Part shown: positions 27,985 through 41,585 of the stretch, piece by piece
Numbering within the stretch: the first letter of the stretch is position 1
How the letters are laid out: each line of letters starts with the position of its first letter
NCBI GenBank assembly: GCA_028023455.1
Contig: JAQFVV010000007.1
Location: 17,856,001-17,920,000 of the forward strand
Origin: Epiperipatus broadwayi
Taxonomy: Eukaryota; Animalia; Onychophora
Length of the DNA: 64,000 nucleotides
Direction: 5' to 3'
Made by a program: the position numbers and the translations under genes
The notes under the pieces: model-generated
Told to the model about the DNA's origin: nothing
Database searches by the model: none
Seen by the model: the letters and a program-made list of their open reading frames with translations, nothing else

Positions 27985-28160
27985 ACCATCATTATTTTCA
28001 CCTATTTTTGATCCACTGCAGGCTGAAGATGCCCAAAGTTCAATCCATCTTCTCTGATATTTAGCCTCTCTTCTCCACATGGCGCCTGCACATGTTCTTA
28101 TTTCATCCATCCATCTCACATGTGGTCTCTTTCTGGGTGTTACAATCTCTTGAAATTCAT
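27985..28160 (-). mobile_element. RTE-clade LINE extreme 3' end
   Basis: MRWMDEIRTCAGAMWRREAKYQRRWIELW resembles the RTE C-terminus. Confidence 0.65.
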
Positions 28161-29080
28161 TTTAAAATTTCAAATGACCATTTATTCTCTTCTAGCAATA
28201 GCTTCAATTTATTTAATAACATAATGTATATTTATTTTAATTACAGTTCAAATTCAAAATATTGTTTGTTTGTTTTTAAAAAACAATATCAAATAGTTTT
28301 AAAAGTATTTAGCATTTATATGATATACATATTGATCATTGTATAGATATGAAAATGAAAAACCAATTGAATATCCTTATTCTTTTTTTAAAAAAATAAA
28401 TAAATATGTGCATCATATCTTTACTTGGCATATTAATTTCTAACAACTTCAGTAAAATGCTTTCATGTTTTACAACTGTGAGAGATATTATAGTTGTAAC
28501 ACAACTACTAATAAGATCTTATAAGAAATAGTAGTCAAATCATGAGCTGATATACTGTAGCTCTCTGCAGTATGCTTTGGGTTGAGTAGGAATGATACTG
28601 ATGTAATGATATCAAGGTACTCGTGCATATAAATAAAATGTCTTCAGTAGCCAAGATATTTTAAAGGAAAAAGCAATAGTGGATGAATTCTTTATTTATA
28701 ACAAAAGTACTTCTAAATAAAAACTTCCTTATTAGAATAATCTTTTGGAATACAATTCTTATGTCAATCAACAAAGACATTAGTAAGTAATAGTAACTTG
28801 GTTTTTTTTTTCAAATTCTTCAATGTGAGCTAAGCAATTTTTTTTCATACAAAAGAATATCTGAATATTTTTTCAATGAATAAAAGTTACATGATCATGT
28901 AATTATGTTAAGTGATCTGCTGAGAAAATAGAATTTTATGATTCCAAATAATATTTGGTAAAGCTCTGAATATAGTTTTGAATAATAAGAGAATAATAAA
29001 GTTAAAAGTTAAAGAATCACACCTCTTCATACTGAAGTTCAATCTTATTTTCAGTGTTCAAATGCCATTTAACTTGACTA

Positions 29081-29360
29081 AGTTATTCAAACAGGCAAAA
29101 CTCTCCATACAGTAGTGCCATTCAGTGCAAGCCAGAGTAATGAATGGATGCCAGAAGGTTTGTGCATAAAATCCCTATCTAGTGCCTGCTCATCCAATAT
29201 CTCCAGACTAGTTTTTAGCTTGTGGATTTCAACAGTGATGAACCTAGTATCTGAGAGCACTTCACTAAATGGCACTACACTATGGAGAGTTTTCCTGTCT
29301 TAATAACAGTTATGAGCAAGCATAAGAAATGATGATCATGTGATGTTTAGTGGTTCAATT
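29081..29360. mobile_element. HHR repeat family A fold-back
   Basis: Antisense arm runs to gagcacttcac (~29264), then switches to sense taaatggcactacactatggagag. Confidence 0.88.
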
Positions 29361-30519
29361 TCTACTTTTTATTTGTTGTAGGTTTTGTTCGCCAATACAA
29401 AAGTATTACACTTACTTAGTCCTTGAGTTTAACAAATCCTTAACAAAGATTTTAAAAATATAAAAAATGTTACACATAAAATTGCAAAGACATTACAGCA
29501 GATATTGCAGCCTAAGTAGCATTTAGACTTATCAAGGTTTAGTAATGTTTTCCAAATACTGAAAAGCATATCTCAATTGTTCTCTGTGTCTTTGCTTTAT
29601 GCTACCTATATCCAACAACAATATTAGAGAAGTAGTAAAAGTGAAGAAAGATTAGGAATAAGTCTATGGTCCCTTATTCTAAAGGTGGTATCCAGTATTT
29701 TGTAGCTTACTAGTGTTAAGCTTGAATAAAAAGTTATTTTGTGGATTGCACCTTTTGCAATCTATTTAAAGTTGGATGATGCATCTGGAAATATAACCAA
29801 TACTCTGAAAAAACCCTGGATAGAATAGAATAATTCAAAACATTATACAATTCTTGTTTAACCATCACTTATAGTTTGAAAGTTGAGTATTTGATGTTAT
29901 GATCATAATAAAACATAAATTAACCCCAGACTTGATATGACATATTTCATTTTCATTTTAGATAATGCTTTATACATGTGACCTCATGATCAATTACCAT
30001 AATATTGCATACTGTTGACAGATACTATTATGATTCATTTGACATCCTTTTAAACTATATATATATATAATTCATATAACAGCTATTTTTCTAATAAACG
30101 AAAAAATTCTCACTGGCAGTTTAATTAAATAATAATATATTTATAGGAAGTATAGATTATTTTATCAATATTTTTTAGACCGATAAATAAGTTATTGATT
30201 TTATCTTTTTCTACAAACAATCCAAAATTTGAAATATTTATTTTCAATAAATAATTTTAATTTGATTATTTATCTTTTAATCAATGTAGCTTAATTTTTT
30301 TTTCTTTTAGCCAGTAGGAATAATTTAAAATTCACTTTACTTTTTGTGGATACTTAGTTTGAGAGAAACAATCTGTGATTTATATATATTTAAAGTGCTT
30401 CTAGTTATAGCTTACATCAATGTTTCTAGTTTAACTATTAATACTAGTTGAAAATCACATAAATCTTAATATTGTTTAGCTATATGTGTTGATAGCAATT
30501 TGGTTCTAAGATACTTAAA

Positions 30520-30893
30520 ATCACTCAAACATCACATGTTCACCATTTTCTATGCTTACACAAACTGTTAAAACACTAGAAAACTCTCCATACAGTAGTG
30601 CCACGTAGTGCAAGCCTTAGTAATCAATGGATGCAAGAAAGTTTATGCATAAAATCTCTATCTAATGCTTACTCATCCAATATCCCCAGACTAGTTTCTA
30701 GTTTGTGACTTTTCTAAAATCTATGTGCAGTGCTCTCAAATTCAAGGCACCTTACTAATGAAAGCCACAGGCTAAAAACTAGTCTAGGAATATGGGATGA
30801 GTAGGCATCAGATAGAGATTTTATGCACAAACCTTCTTGCATCCAATGATTACTAAAACTTGCACTGTGTGGCAGTACTGTAAAGAAAGTTTT
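30520..30893. mobile_element. HHR repeat family A fold-back
   Basis: Arms of ~130-150 bp are reverse complements and share private variants (ttagtaatc, atctctatct). Confidence 0.88.
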
Positions 30894-31860
30894 GTAATGA
30901 TGTGTTATGTGTTAGTAAAGGGGTATTAGATTACTTAGAAAAAGTGCAAAGGGAAGTAGGAAGACATGCATTGGATGCAGATGTATGGACAACAAGGAAG
31001 GCAATTCAAGGAGAAATGGGATGGTCAAGTTTTTATATGAGAGATGCAAAAAGTAAAATGAAAATGTTTGGTAGATTGCAGTTTATGGATAATAAAAGAA
31101 TAGCCAAAATAATATTTAATTGGGTTACGAGTAAAGGGCAGGCAACAAGATGGGTGAGAAAGGTAATGCGGTATGCAAAAGATTTGGATAAAGAAATTAT
31201 ATCAGTATATTTGTACAAAAGATGGGATGATTGTGTTAGGAGGATTGTTGAGTGTTATAGTGGTAAGGAATGGGATAAAAGAATAGATTTATTAATAAAG
31301 AATAGGGAGTTAGAGAGCTGGAGAACTAGTATTGAGAGTAAAAAGAGTTTAAATATATATAGAAGTAAACAGAATATTAGGTGCAAGCTAATATATGATA
31401 ATAGTAAGAAAAGTAGTTTATTGTTTAAGGCTCAAATGAGATCTTTATCAACAGGAGAATATACATGTAAATGGAAAAATATGGGTGATTTAGTCTGTAA
31501 ATTGTGTAAGGAAGGAATAGAAAATATTAGACATCTGTTAATTGAATGTAAATGTTTGCTTAAAAACAGAAAGGACACAAATAATAAAGTTATAGAAGAA
31601 TAAATATGAAAAAAATAATTATACAGAAAGTGGATTATTGGTTTTTAAGTTGTGTTTGGGAAAAGATAAGGGAGATTTAGATATAAAGGCCATAGAGTTG
31701 ACAAAAATTATGTTAATGAAATGGGATGGAGCATAATATGGGAAAACTTAGAGTGGGAAATGGAAAATAACGTGGCTAACAGGTTTCTCTGGGTATAATT
31801 TCTGAGAGATTCCTGACTCCATTTAAGGAGAAGCCATAGTACATCACATCACATCACATC
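30894..31860 (+). mobile_element. Non-LTR retrotransposon 3' fragment (copy C of the 8.5-10.9 kb family)
   Basis: ORF 30902-31603 is homologous to 9970-10770; same (CACAT)n tail. Confidence 0.88.
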
Positions 31861-32104
31861 AATTGCTTTTAGAAGGCTTGTTGATAGATCAAAAAAATTT
31901 GTCTTTTATATTACTATGTATAAAGATGGCAGATGGTTCTTTTATTAATATACTTCACAATTTGAACCAGAATGTACCACATTAATATTACGGGAGAAGG
32001 GGCAAAGAATGTTAAATTATCACATGATCAAATATTGTGCCATTACCATCAGTAGTATCACAACCTGCCTTTGAACTACTAAATATCACATCATCACCAT
32101 TCTT

Positions 32105-32225
32105 TATGCTTGCACTAGATTGGGATTTTATTCACAAACCTTCCTGCATCCATTGATTACTCTGGTTTGCACTAAGTGGTGCTATTGTATTGAGAGTTTT
32201 GTCTATGTGTAACCTGCTTTTGATT
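32105..32225 (+). mobile_element. HHR repeat family A fragment lacking the core
   Basis: gcactagattgggattttattcacaaaccttcctgcatccattgattactctgg...gagagttttgtct. Confidence 0.8.
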
Positions 32226-32982
32226 GAAAATTAAAATACATTTTACATCACAACAGAATGACTTAAATTACTTATTTCATAATTATTCATAACAGTCTGA
32301 ACTTTAATTTATTTTTTGTAGAAATATTCCTATTTACTTTTATAGTTTAAAGAAAAGCTTTCAGAGGGCTAATTATATTTATACTGTCTGAGTAACCTGA
32401 TAGGTACTGTAGTAATTAGGATACTGTTAATATGATTTTGATAGTTGTTCTAGTATAGTAGTTTCATTATATATGACCTTATTCTGTTTTTATTCTGTAT
32501 TGTAAAATAAATAATCAAATGTGCAGTCTCATGTGGTGTTCAGCATCAGAAATAATATGTAGAGCTTCAATCTATGGCTCTTTAGATCTCAAAACCATTA
32601 CTCTACAACTGTTTTAAATCCCACTCAAATGTATCGGAAGTGACAGATGGTGCTTTAATGTGGAATATTTGATTTCAAATCTAGTATTTGATATTGTGAT
32701 AGACTATACAGGACATATATACTGTGTGTGTATGTAAGTATGTTTGCATACATATAGTGAAGTTACTATTGAGTTTCTCATCTCTAAATTCTACATTTTT
32801 CCTATTCTAATTTTTTCATTTTTATAGCTTTTATTACTAAACATCAATAAAATATCATTTTAAAATGGATACTACTGGAATTATTTTAATTTTATATTCT
32901 TCAATATATTACTCCAAAGTCCTATTATTTTTCTCACTTATACATAGATTCATTCATAATTTTAATTATTAGAAGTATCAAA

Positions 32983-33644
32983 ATAGGCAAACTTTCCATA
33001 CAGTAATGCCACTCAGTGCAAACCATAGTAATCAATGGATGCCAGAAGGTTTGTGCATAAAATTCCCATCAAGTGCCTACTCATGCAATATCCCCAGTTT
33101 AGTTTCTAGTTTGTGGCTTTCATCAGTGTGGAATCTTGAATCTGAGAGCACTGCACCTAGATTTTAGGATCTAATGCAACCCTCCAGCAGCCCCCTTTTA
33201 TCTCTACATAACTACAAAACTATGAGAATAAAATTAAAAACACAATAATATTTTCAAACTCATTAGCTTATGTAGTCATATAGGTCTGAACTCAGTTCAG
33301 TACCAATATATTTTGGTGTCTTTGGTTCTTTAATAACCATAGAAACCACTATTTAGGCAGGTTTGCTGTTAAACCACTAAACATCACATGTTCACTATTT
33401 CTTATGCTTGCTTATAACTGTTATTAAAGCAGCCAAAACTCTCCATATGGTAGTGCCACTCAGTGCAAGCCAGAGTAATCAATGGATGCCAGAAGGCTTG
33501 TGCGTAAAATCCCTATCTAATGCCTACTCATGCACAAGCCTTCTGGCATCCATTGATTAATATGGCTTGCACTGAGTGGCACTACTGTATGGAGAGTTTT
33601 GCCTATATAATAACAGTTATGAGCAAGCATAAGAAATGATGTGA
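32983..33644. mobile_element. HHR repeat family A: full ~445-bp antisense unit, tandem continuation, then fold-back
   Basis: aaact.tcca at 32990 and 33436 gives the period; inversion junction near 33520; antisense core tttcatcagtg at 33118-33128. Confidence 0.9.
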
Positions 33645-34097
33645 ATGGTATTTTTTCAAAATGACCCATCATCAGTTTGATTGCTTAGATTTCTCATTAG
33701 TAGATTTATTTTTGAAATGGTGGAATTCATCCACCTTATTTGTTATCATCCAATTCTTGTTTTTATCATCAATATTTTTCTAACATAATCCACTTTTTTT
33801 AGCAGGATCACCTCTTACCTTATGACCAAAATTATACAATTTCAGCCTTACTATTGTTTAGAAATGAAAGATCCAATCTAATTGGACTGAGTACTCTTTT
33901 TTTTTTTCATTTTCACATCATCGTACAAAATCATTAATAGCTCTTTTTATATTTGTTTGTTGTTCAACTTTCATATCTATAAGTTCACAGAAGTTTCCAG
34001 AAATACTATATCTTGAACAATTCTGATTATGTTATATATATATATAATTCAAATTTGCAAACATTTGTTCATCTGCATATCAAAGTGGTTTTTTTCT

Positions 34098-34485
34098 TAT
34101 ACAGAGGCAAAACTCTCCATACAGTAGTGCCACTCAGTGCAAACCAGAGTTATCAATGGATGCAGGAATGTTTTTACATAAACTCCTTATCTAGTGCCTA
34201 CTCATCCAATATCCCCAGATTTACAGTTTCTGGAGAGTTGCATTAGATCTTAGGATCTAGATGCAGTGCTTTCAGACCCAAGACTCTTCACTGATGAAAG
34301 CCACAAGCTAGAAACTAGTCTAGGGATATTGGATGAATACGAACTAGATACGGACTCTATGCACAAATCTTCCTGCATCCATTGATTACTCTGGCTTGCA
34401 CTGAGTGTTGATATTGAATGGAGAGTTTTGCCTCTGTATAAACAGCTTGTGTAAGTATAAAGAATAGTGATCATGTAATGCTTAT
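34098..34485. mobile_element. HHR repeat family A fold-back
   Basis: 34098-34225 is the reverse complement of 34315-34440. Confidence 0.9.
34278..34332 (+). ncRNA. Type I minimal hammerhead ribozyme motif
   Basis: TCTTCA CTGATGA(34291-97) A AGC CACAA GCT A GAAA(34311-14) CTAGTC|TAGGGA; predicted GUC cleavage after 34320; one mismatch in stem I. Confidence 0.7.
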
Positions 34486-34944
34486 TGGTTTCTTTCTTTT
34501 TTATAACCCTAATGCTAAAGCTATGTTTGTGGTGAACATCATCAAAAGTTCACTTAGCATTAGAATATAAAAAAGAAAGGAACCACATTGATACACAGAT
34601 GAACAAGTATTTATAAATTTGAATTACAATTACAAACTAAAGAAAAAATCAAAATTATATATTGATTAATTTAAAGATTTGAGATTAAGACGTAAAAATA
34701 ATGTGGAATTTTTTTAATGTAATAATCTAGATTAAATTTCTGCTATGATATAACTAAGTAGGAATCAGTTAAAACTGGCAATGTAAGTTGAAATCTTTTA
34801 TCTATTAATAGCTATAATATTGGCCGCATCTACATTAAGCCAAAGTGAAACTGCTTTTGCCTTAAGCTAATATAAAACCACTATAAACCAGACATAAGAT
34901 ACTTTATATATCCATGCAAATCATTAAATTAGTATACATGTTAT

Positions 34945-35285
34945 ATAAAATTGTATTTTTATATTAGACTGTTTTCATCATCTAATATGAGTAATGAATG
35001 TCTTTAGAAAAATTTAACTGCATTACCTTAAAATTCAATACTTGAGAATCTAAGGTTCCAGGTTCTAATCCCATGCTAGTACTGTCACTGGTCAGGCCAG
35101 CAACACCTGAAGAAAAGGGGAGAATAATACCTCTCAAAATGCCATGTTATACTAACAGTTGAATGTATTTGGAATGTTTAATAAAGTTAAATTTTTCTAA
35201 AGACATTCAATACTCATATTAGATTATGGAAATAGTCCAATATAAAAATATAACTAGAACACCATCATCACAAACCTTCAGAAAA
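34945..35285. mobile_element. Fold-back of the 1492-1830 SINE family (short antisense arm plus 5'-truncated sense copy)
   Basis: catctaatatgagtaatgaatgtctttagaaaaattt (34978-35015) is the reverse complement of 35190-35225. Confidence 0.75.
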
Positions 35286-35754
35286 ATATGGTATGTATAA
35301 TTTTCTGATGGTAGAGTTACACTATTTGTTATTGTAAATTCCAAGAAGTTGTTATGCTTCACAATTTTGCACATATAACATATCTATGTACTCTTATATC
35401 AACTGCAATATTGAGATAAAAGTGGTTCAAAATTTAGAGAAGTTGTTACTTCAAATTTTTGCTAGTATTAAATCTATATGTATGTATATATTAAAATATA
35501 AATTTTTATTGGCTACAGAAATAAATGATATATAATTCAGGTTCTTCCGTGTATGATTCATAGAATGATTATATTGACATTTTGGCTGGTTCACACTGAT
35601 CATCAACTAGGTAGTAAATGTTATTATAAAAAATCATTGTAGAAGTTCTGTAATCATTTTAGTATAACAAGAGTACATTTTTAAATTAATTTATCTTTAT
35701 CTTGTTATATATGAAAGTTTAAAGTGCCTCTACAATAATTTTTGTAATATAGTC

Positions 35755-35835
35755 ATTACCCAGTTGATAACTGGGGCAATCCAGACAAAATAGTTGGTAC
35801 AATAGTACTACAAATCATACATGGATGGACCCAGA
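35755..35835 (+). repeat. Fragment homologous to the 38570-38650 PLE-tail-like sequence
   Basis: cccagttgataactggggcaatccagacaaaatagttggtac...atggatggacccagat resembles the reverse complement of 38572-38650. Confidence 0.5.
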
Positions 35836-36114
35836 TATATAAAAATATAAGGATGAATCTTAAAAAAATTATAGGACTATATTAGTAATCTATTAATTCA
35901 AAGTGAATGTTATATTTTCAGAGTCATTAATATAGATTTTTTATCAGCCATTCCTATATAATTATGGGCATTCTAATATCAGACCAAAAGACAATGGTAA
36001 GAAGGCAAAATCTAAAAATTTAAACATGAGTTTTGGACTAACCATGCAAAATAACTCTTGAACATGAATATATATATAATATCCATTAATTAAAAACAAT
36101 ATTGTAATTATAAT

Positions 36115-36454
36115 TGAAATAATATTTTTAACAGTTTACAAACAATTACAAAGAATCCTTAAATCCACAGAGGTACTTTCAGTTACTTTCTAACCTGCCT
36201 CAACTGCCATTAAATTTTCCGGTTACTTTCTAACCTGCCCCAACTGCCATTAAATTCAAAAACCAAAAGCGGAAGCAAATGTCATGACGTTTGCTTCCGC
36301 TTTTGGTTTTTGAATTTGAATTGATGACGTTTGCTTCCGCTTTTGGTTTTTGAATTTAATGGCAGTTGAGGCAGGTTAGAAAGTAACCGAAAGTACCTCT
36401 GCAGATTTAAGGATTCTTTGTAATTGTTTGTAAACCATTAAAAATATTATTTCA
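36115..36454. mobile_element. 340-bp loopless palindrome; fold-back of a PLE 3' tail (family C) with hammerhead-like motif
   Basis: Centre gtca|tgac at 36284/36285; arms homologous to 57365-57495, directly downstream of the GIY-YIG ORF. Confidence 0.8.
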
Positions 36455-38569
36455 TATATATATATATTCACAGTGATGATCTATTATTTTTAATATCTAT
36501 CTGCATGAAGTTTTCTTATCTTCACAAAATAGATTGTTTAGCATTGTATCCAACAACTGAAGACCATACCAGATTGGTTTATGATCCTGTCATATATTTT
36601 TATACTTTTATGGATATTCTAAAGTAAAAATTTTCTGATGTTTTGTTGTATATATAGATAGTAAGTTTAAGTCTTATTTTTATATAATAAATAACAAAAT
36701 AATAGCTTTGTAACTCATTTAAAGTATAATTTCTCCTATTCTTATTTGCACAACCCTATTGACAATTTCGGTCATATTTTCTTTTTTGGTAGTGATCATA
36801 ATTTTTGCCTATCCATAAAAAATTTTGAATAAAATATTTTTTATTTGAATTCCATTTTTGAAATGAAGTTGAGACATCACAAAGAAATGAAAATATGACT
36901 TAAAATTCAAATTAAACTAATTTCTTTACTAGTGTTTATGAAAGTTATTATTATTCATCAATAAAACAGTTTTCCCATTATTATTATTATTGAAAATTAC
37001 ATTTTTTTTTTCGAAAATACTAAACATCAAATCACTTCTGAGATGCCTCATATCAAATAATCTACTAATCAGTGACATTACTGTTTTCTTTGTATTATGG
37101 TACAACCAATTGGCACTGTCAGCTTAGTGTTATATTTAAATTGATGTTGATATTTGTATGAGGTTTATATGACACTGATATTTTCAGAATTTTTTGTAAA
37201 GTAATAATTTTAGTTTCTGCACAAAAACAAATGAGCACAGTAACATTTTAGATAACTACAAAATAGCAAATAAAAGCTGAAAGCAATAACATCACCATCA
37301 TCATCATGCCCCAAATATTTCAAAATTAATGAGAAAGTTGCTGACTTTCCTACCACTTGATAAACATCTAATTTAACTGCAATAGTTATATCACTATGAA
37401 AAAATTGTATAATAAAATATCCATGTCACTTAGTAATTACGATTTGATGCTCTGGTCATCACGGATCAAAGTTTGATTCCCCACAAAGATAATTATGATT
37501 TTTTTCTTAAGAAGTTGGAAGTCGGCATATATTTATAAAGCTTTGTTTTCATTTAATTTTAATTTATATTACGAATCAATAATATTCATGTTATATATAT
37601 ATATAGAGAGAGATATTAAATAATTGTACAGATCACTTTGGAGTTTTAACTATATACTCAATTTTTATCAGAATCTTAAAAACAATAAAATTTAGGATTT
37701 AAATAGCTTAGTTCCAGACTGAAAGCCAGAGTAAACCATCCAAACAATTATACAGTCCAAGAATTCAAAGAACCAAGTAAAGTTGTTTTATTTCTGTTTG
37801 TGGGAGGGGGCAGGTTACTATATATTTGATTCCAAGATAACGCATTTCTCTTATTTTAATGCATTATACTGACTTTTGCCTCAGCATTTTATCGCGTGTG
37901 TGTATGCGCATGCTGTGTTATTTGGATTGAAAAAACTGAAAAAATTCGCTTACACGTTAAAATAACGTTAAATTATTATTTTTAGATATGGACAAATAGG
38001 CATTATTTATATTAAATTTCATGATAAATCATAATAATTGAATGATATCCCATCCTTCAAAAATAAATAAATAGAAGTTATTTAAATTAATTTTTTAATT
38101 ATATCCACATTTTTTTTTATTTATAAATTTAATGTAATTGTTTATTTTGTGTAATATATTATTCATTTCGTGACCTTCCCATATCTTTCTCTCTACCTTT
38201 TGTGTGCTTTTTCCCTCTCTGTGTATATATATATGTACTCAATGTGTGTGTGTATTGACAAATTTATCTATAAATTTGAACATGGATTTTCAGTTTAAGA
38301 ATTCTTTCATTTTCTATATGCATAAACAATATTTGTAGTTTAACTTTAAAATTACACTCTTAATAAAAATATATGCTTGAACGAAAGTTGAATAAAAATT
38401 ATTGTATAATTAAATTAATTTATCAATTACAACCCCATTATTTTAATATAATTGTTTATTTGTGTAATATATTATTTATTTCTCTCTTTTCTTTCTCCTT
38501 TCTTCTCCCCATCTACATATATATATATATATTAAAATAAATTTTTTTATAAACATTAGATATAAGAGA

Positions 38570-39093
38570 TATTATCTAGGTTCATCCATATATAATTTAC
38601 ATTAGTATCATACCAACATTTCAGCTGGATTACGCCTGTCATTGACTGGGTAATGAATGTTATTTTAAAATGAAAAACTTATAGAGATACTGCAGGCAAT
38701 AACATGTATAACAAGAATTAAAGATTCAATCAATGAAAAATAAAATAGAACATATTAAATTATGAAGATATGTGGGAGAGGGGTTATGATAGTGGTTGAG
38801 AATTCACCACAAAATGAACAGGTATTCTGATTAGTGGACTTTGAAAAAAAAATTTACAAATGAAATTTACATATGTAATTACTCTTCTTGATACAGTATG
38901 GTTTGTTAAGCATCTCAAGAACTTCTCTGATTTTTCTTTGGTAATGCATGTTACATCTGGATAAAATTATATTTGAAAAATCTGTATTATGACAAGTATT
39001 TATAATATGGAGTGAGATTGCTGATGATGATGAGTGCAGCTTTATTGCATTAGCACATTCATCTTTTCTTGCACTGATGAGATGAATTTTCAT
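38570..39093 (-). mobile_element. Penelope-like element 3' remnant (C-terminal half of GIY-YIG endonuclease plus tail)
   Basis: ECANAIKLHSSSSAISLHIINTCHNTDFSNIILSRCNMHYQRKIREVLEM matches the PLE endonuclease C-terminus (S A+..H.....H..DF....IL.......RKI.E). Confidence 0.65.
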
Positions 39094-40454
39094 AGACCCA
39101 TAACAGACTACACAAACTCTTTACAGGCTTATATAAATTCACTGGGCTTCAAAAAACATCAAATTCTTAAGATAAAACAGAATGTTATCATTTTTTTTCA
39201 TTTATGATATATATTAATTTTACATTATAATGTTTCAGTGTATGTCCAATACTGAATATAGTCCTATTCATATAAGAAATACAAGTTCTAATAGCTATTG
39301 TTTTATTCTATCTGATTTTATTTATTATGACTACTTTGGGTGTGATAAAACTTTTTCATGGTTTGATTATTGCAACTATTAACTACCAAGATATTACTCA
39401 TATAATTTATCTTTTCATTTAGATAGGTTAACTGTTTGAGTAAAGAGAGTTTTTGCTATAGAATTCTACACCAGATAACAAACTGAAAATATGAAGTATC
39501 TATCTGTGTATTTTTTCTAAAAATGACAAATGTCAATACCCGTTAATAAAAATAAATATTGCTTATCAATTTTTTTGTAGTACATCTTCCCTCTTAGACT
39601 TAATAAATTTCTGGTTTTTTTTTGGTTGAACCTTTAATTTTGTATGTTGCAGTCCACAGTGTTTTTTCAGTGTTTGTTAAATAATATTTATTACCCACTT
39701 GAAATACATTATATTAATACTATTAATTAATATGGATAAATGTAAATATCTTTTACATATATTTATTCAACTTTATTTACTTATATTAATATTATTTTTT
39801 ATGTCTTCTACAGAATTGTATACAAACTTTTAATATTACATACAGCAATGTTTGATAAAATATCAATTAATCTTTTGCAACTCATATTTCTGTCAATCAA
39901 ACCTGATATCATCAGCTGCTCAAGAAATTAACTGAGATCAAATTAAATATAGCAACTCAAATTGATTATTGTGAATCTATTTAAATAGAAATCTTATTTA
40001 TTATTAAACATTAATAGATATTTCTGTAGTATTTAATTAATTAATATATAATATATATTCAATATGCATAGTTTATTGCAAATTTAGATACGAGTTTAAA
40101 CCTGAATTTTCAATTTGAGCATTCTTTTCTTTTCTAAGTGTATAATCAATGTCATAGCTTAATTTTGAAATTATACTTCTAGTAAAAATTATATGCTTGA
40201 ATGAATGATTAATAAAAGTTATCATATCCTTAAATTTTAATTATATTAATCATCATTATTTTCTCTCTCAATCTCTTTTCATTATTTTGCCCCATTTACC
40301 TCTAATAATTTAAGTTAGAACAGAGTTTATTCATTAAGATATTTTCATGCCACTTATCATCACTTTATGGCAATTGTGATAATGAATATGTGTGTTTGCA
40401 CATTTCTATTTCTTAATTATATTCACAGTAATTTTACTCCAATCTTTTCTTTCT

Positions 40455-41060
40455 AGCTTTACTGGCATTAGTGCAGACTATAATAATCAATAAATTTCCA
40501 AAAAGCTTCTGCATTTAAATCCCTATCTAGGGCCTGATCCAATATACCCAGACTACTTTCTACCTTGTGACTGTCATCAGTGAGAAGCCTTGGATCTGGC
40601 AGCATTGCAGCCAGACCTTTGGATCTAATGCATCTCACTAACAATTACCTTTTACCTATTTAGTCAATAATAAAGTAATGGCCTAAACTGAAAACACAAT
40701 AAAGTTTTCAATCCAAACTAATTTGCCTGCATAGCTATATAAATCTAAATTCAGTTTTGTATCTATGTATTGTGGTGTTTTTGATTTTTTATAACTATAG
40801 TCACCAATGTCTTTTGGCTAGGATTGATAAAGCACTTAAACATCACATGACTATCATATCTTTACCTTGCATGAGTTATTAAAACAATAGAATTTAGTCT
40901 GGGAACATTGGATAAGCACTATATAAGGCTTTAAATGCACACACTTCTGGGATTTATTGATTATTATAGTATGTACTAGGAGGCACTATTGAATGGAGAG
41001 AGTTGTTACTATTTTAATAACTTGTGCTAGAGGAAAAAACAATGGTCATATAATATGGTT
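40455..41060. mobile_element. HHR repeat family A: near-full antisense unit plus inverted sense fragment
   Basis: Reversed core ttctca-CTGATGA-cagtcacaaggta-GAAA-gtagtc at ~40550-40587; sense fragment starts near 40895. Confidence 0.75.
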
Positions 41061-41239
41061 TTTTATCCTTGTTTTTTCTTTCCTAAATAGCCATTTAAGT
41101 GTTATAAATAAAGTTCATGATTGAGTTCACAGGTTTCATTTAATTAACCAAATTGTGATTTTTCTTTTCTACAGGGAATCATTGCAGAAACTTTGGAATC
41201 CACTTCTCTATCACTTTTGGCATTATTAATTTCTTAGCA

Positions 41240-41585
<346 letters not shown>

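Noticed and set aside
29087-29303. Short ORFs inside family-A repeats (also 34013-34474, 42308-42532, 4427-4720)
   Set aside because: Incidental frames, not conserved between copies; the unit is non-coding.
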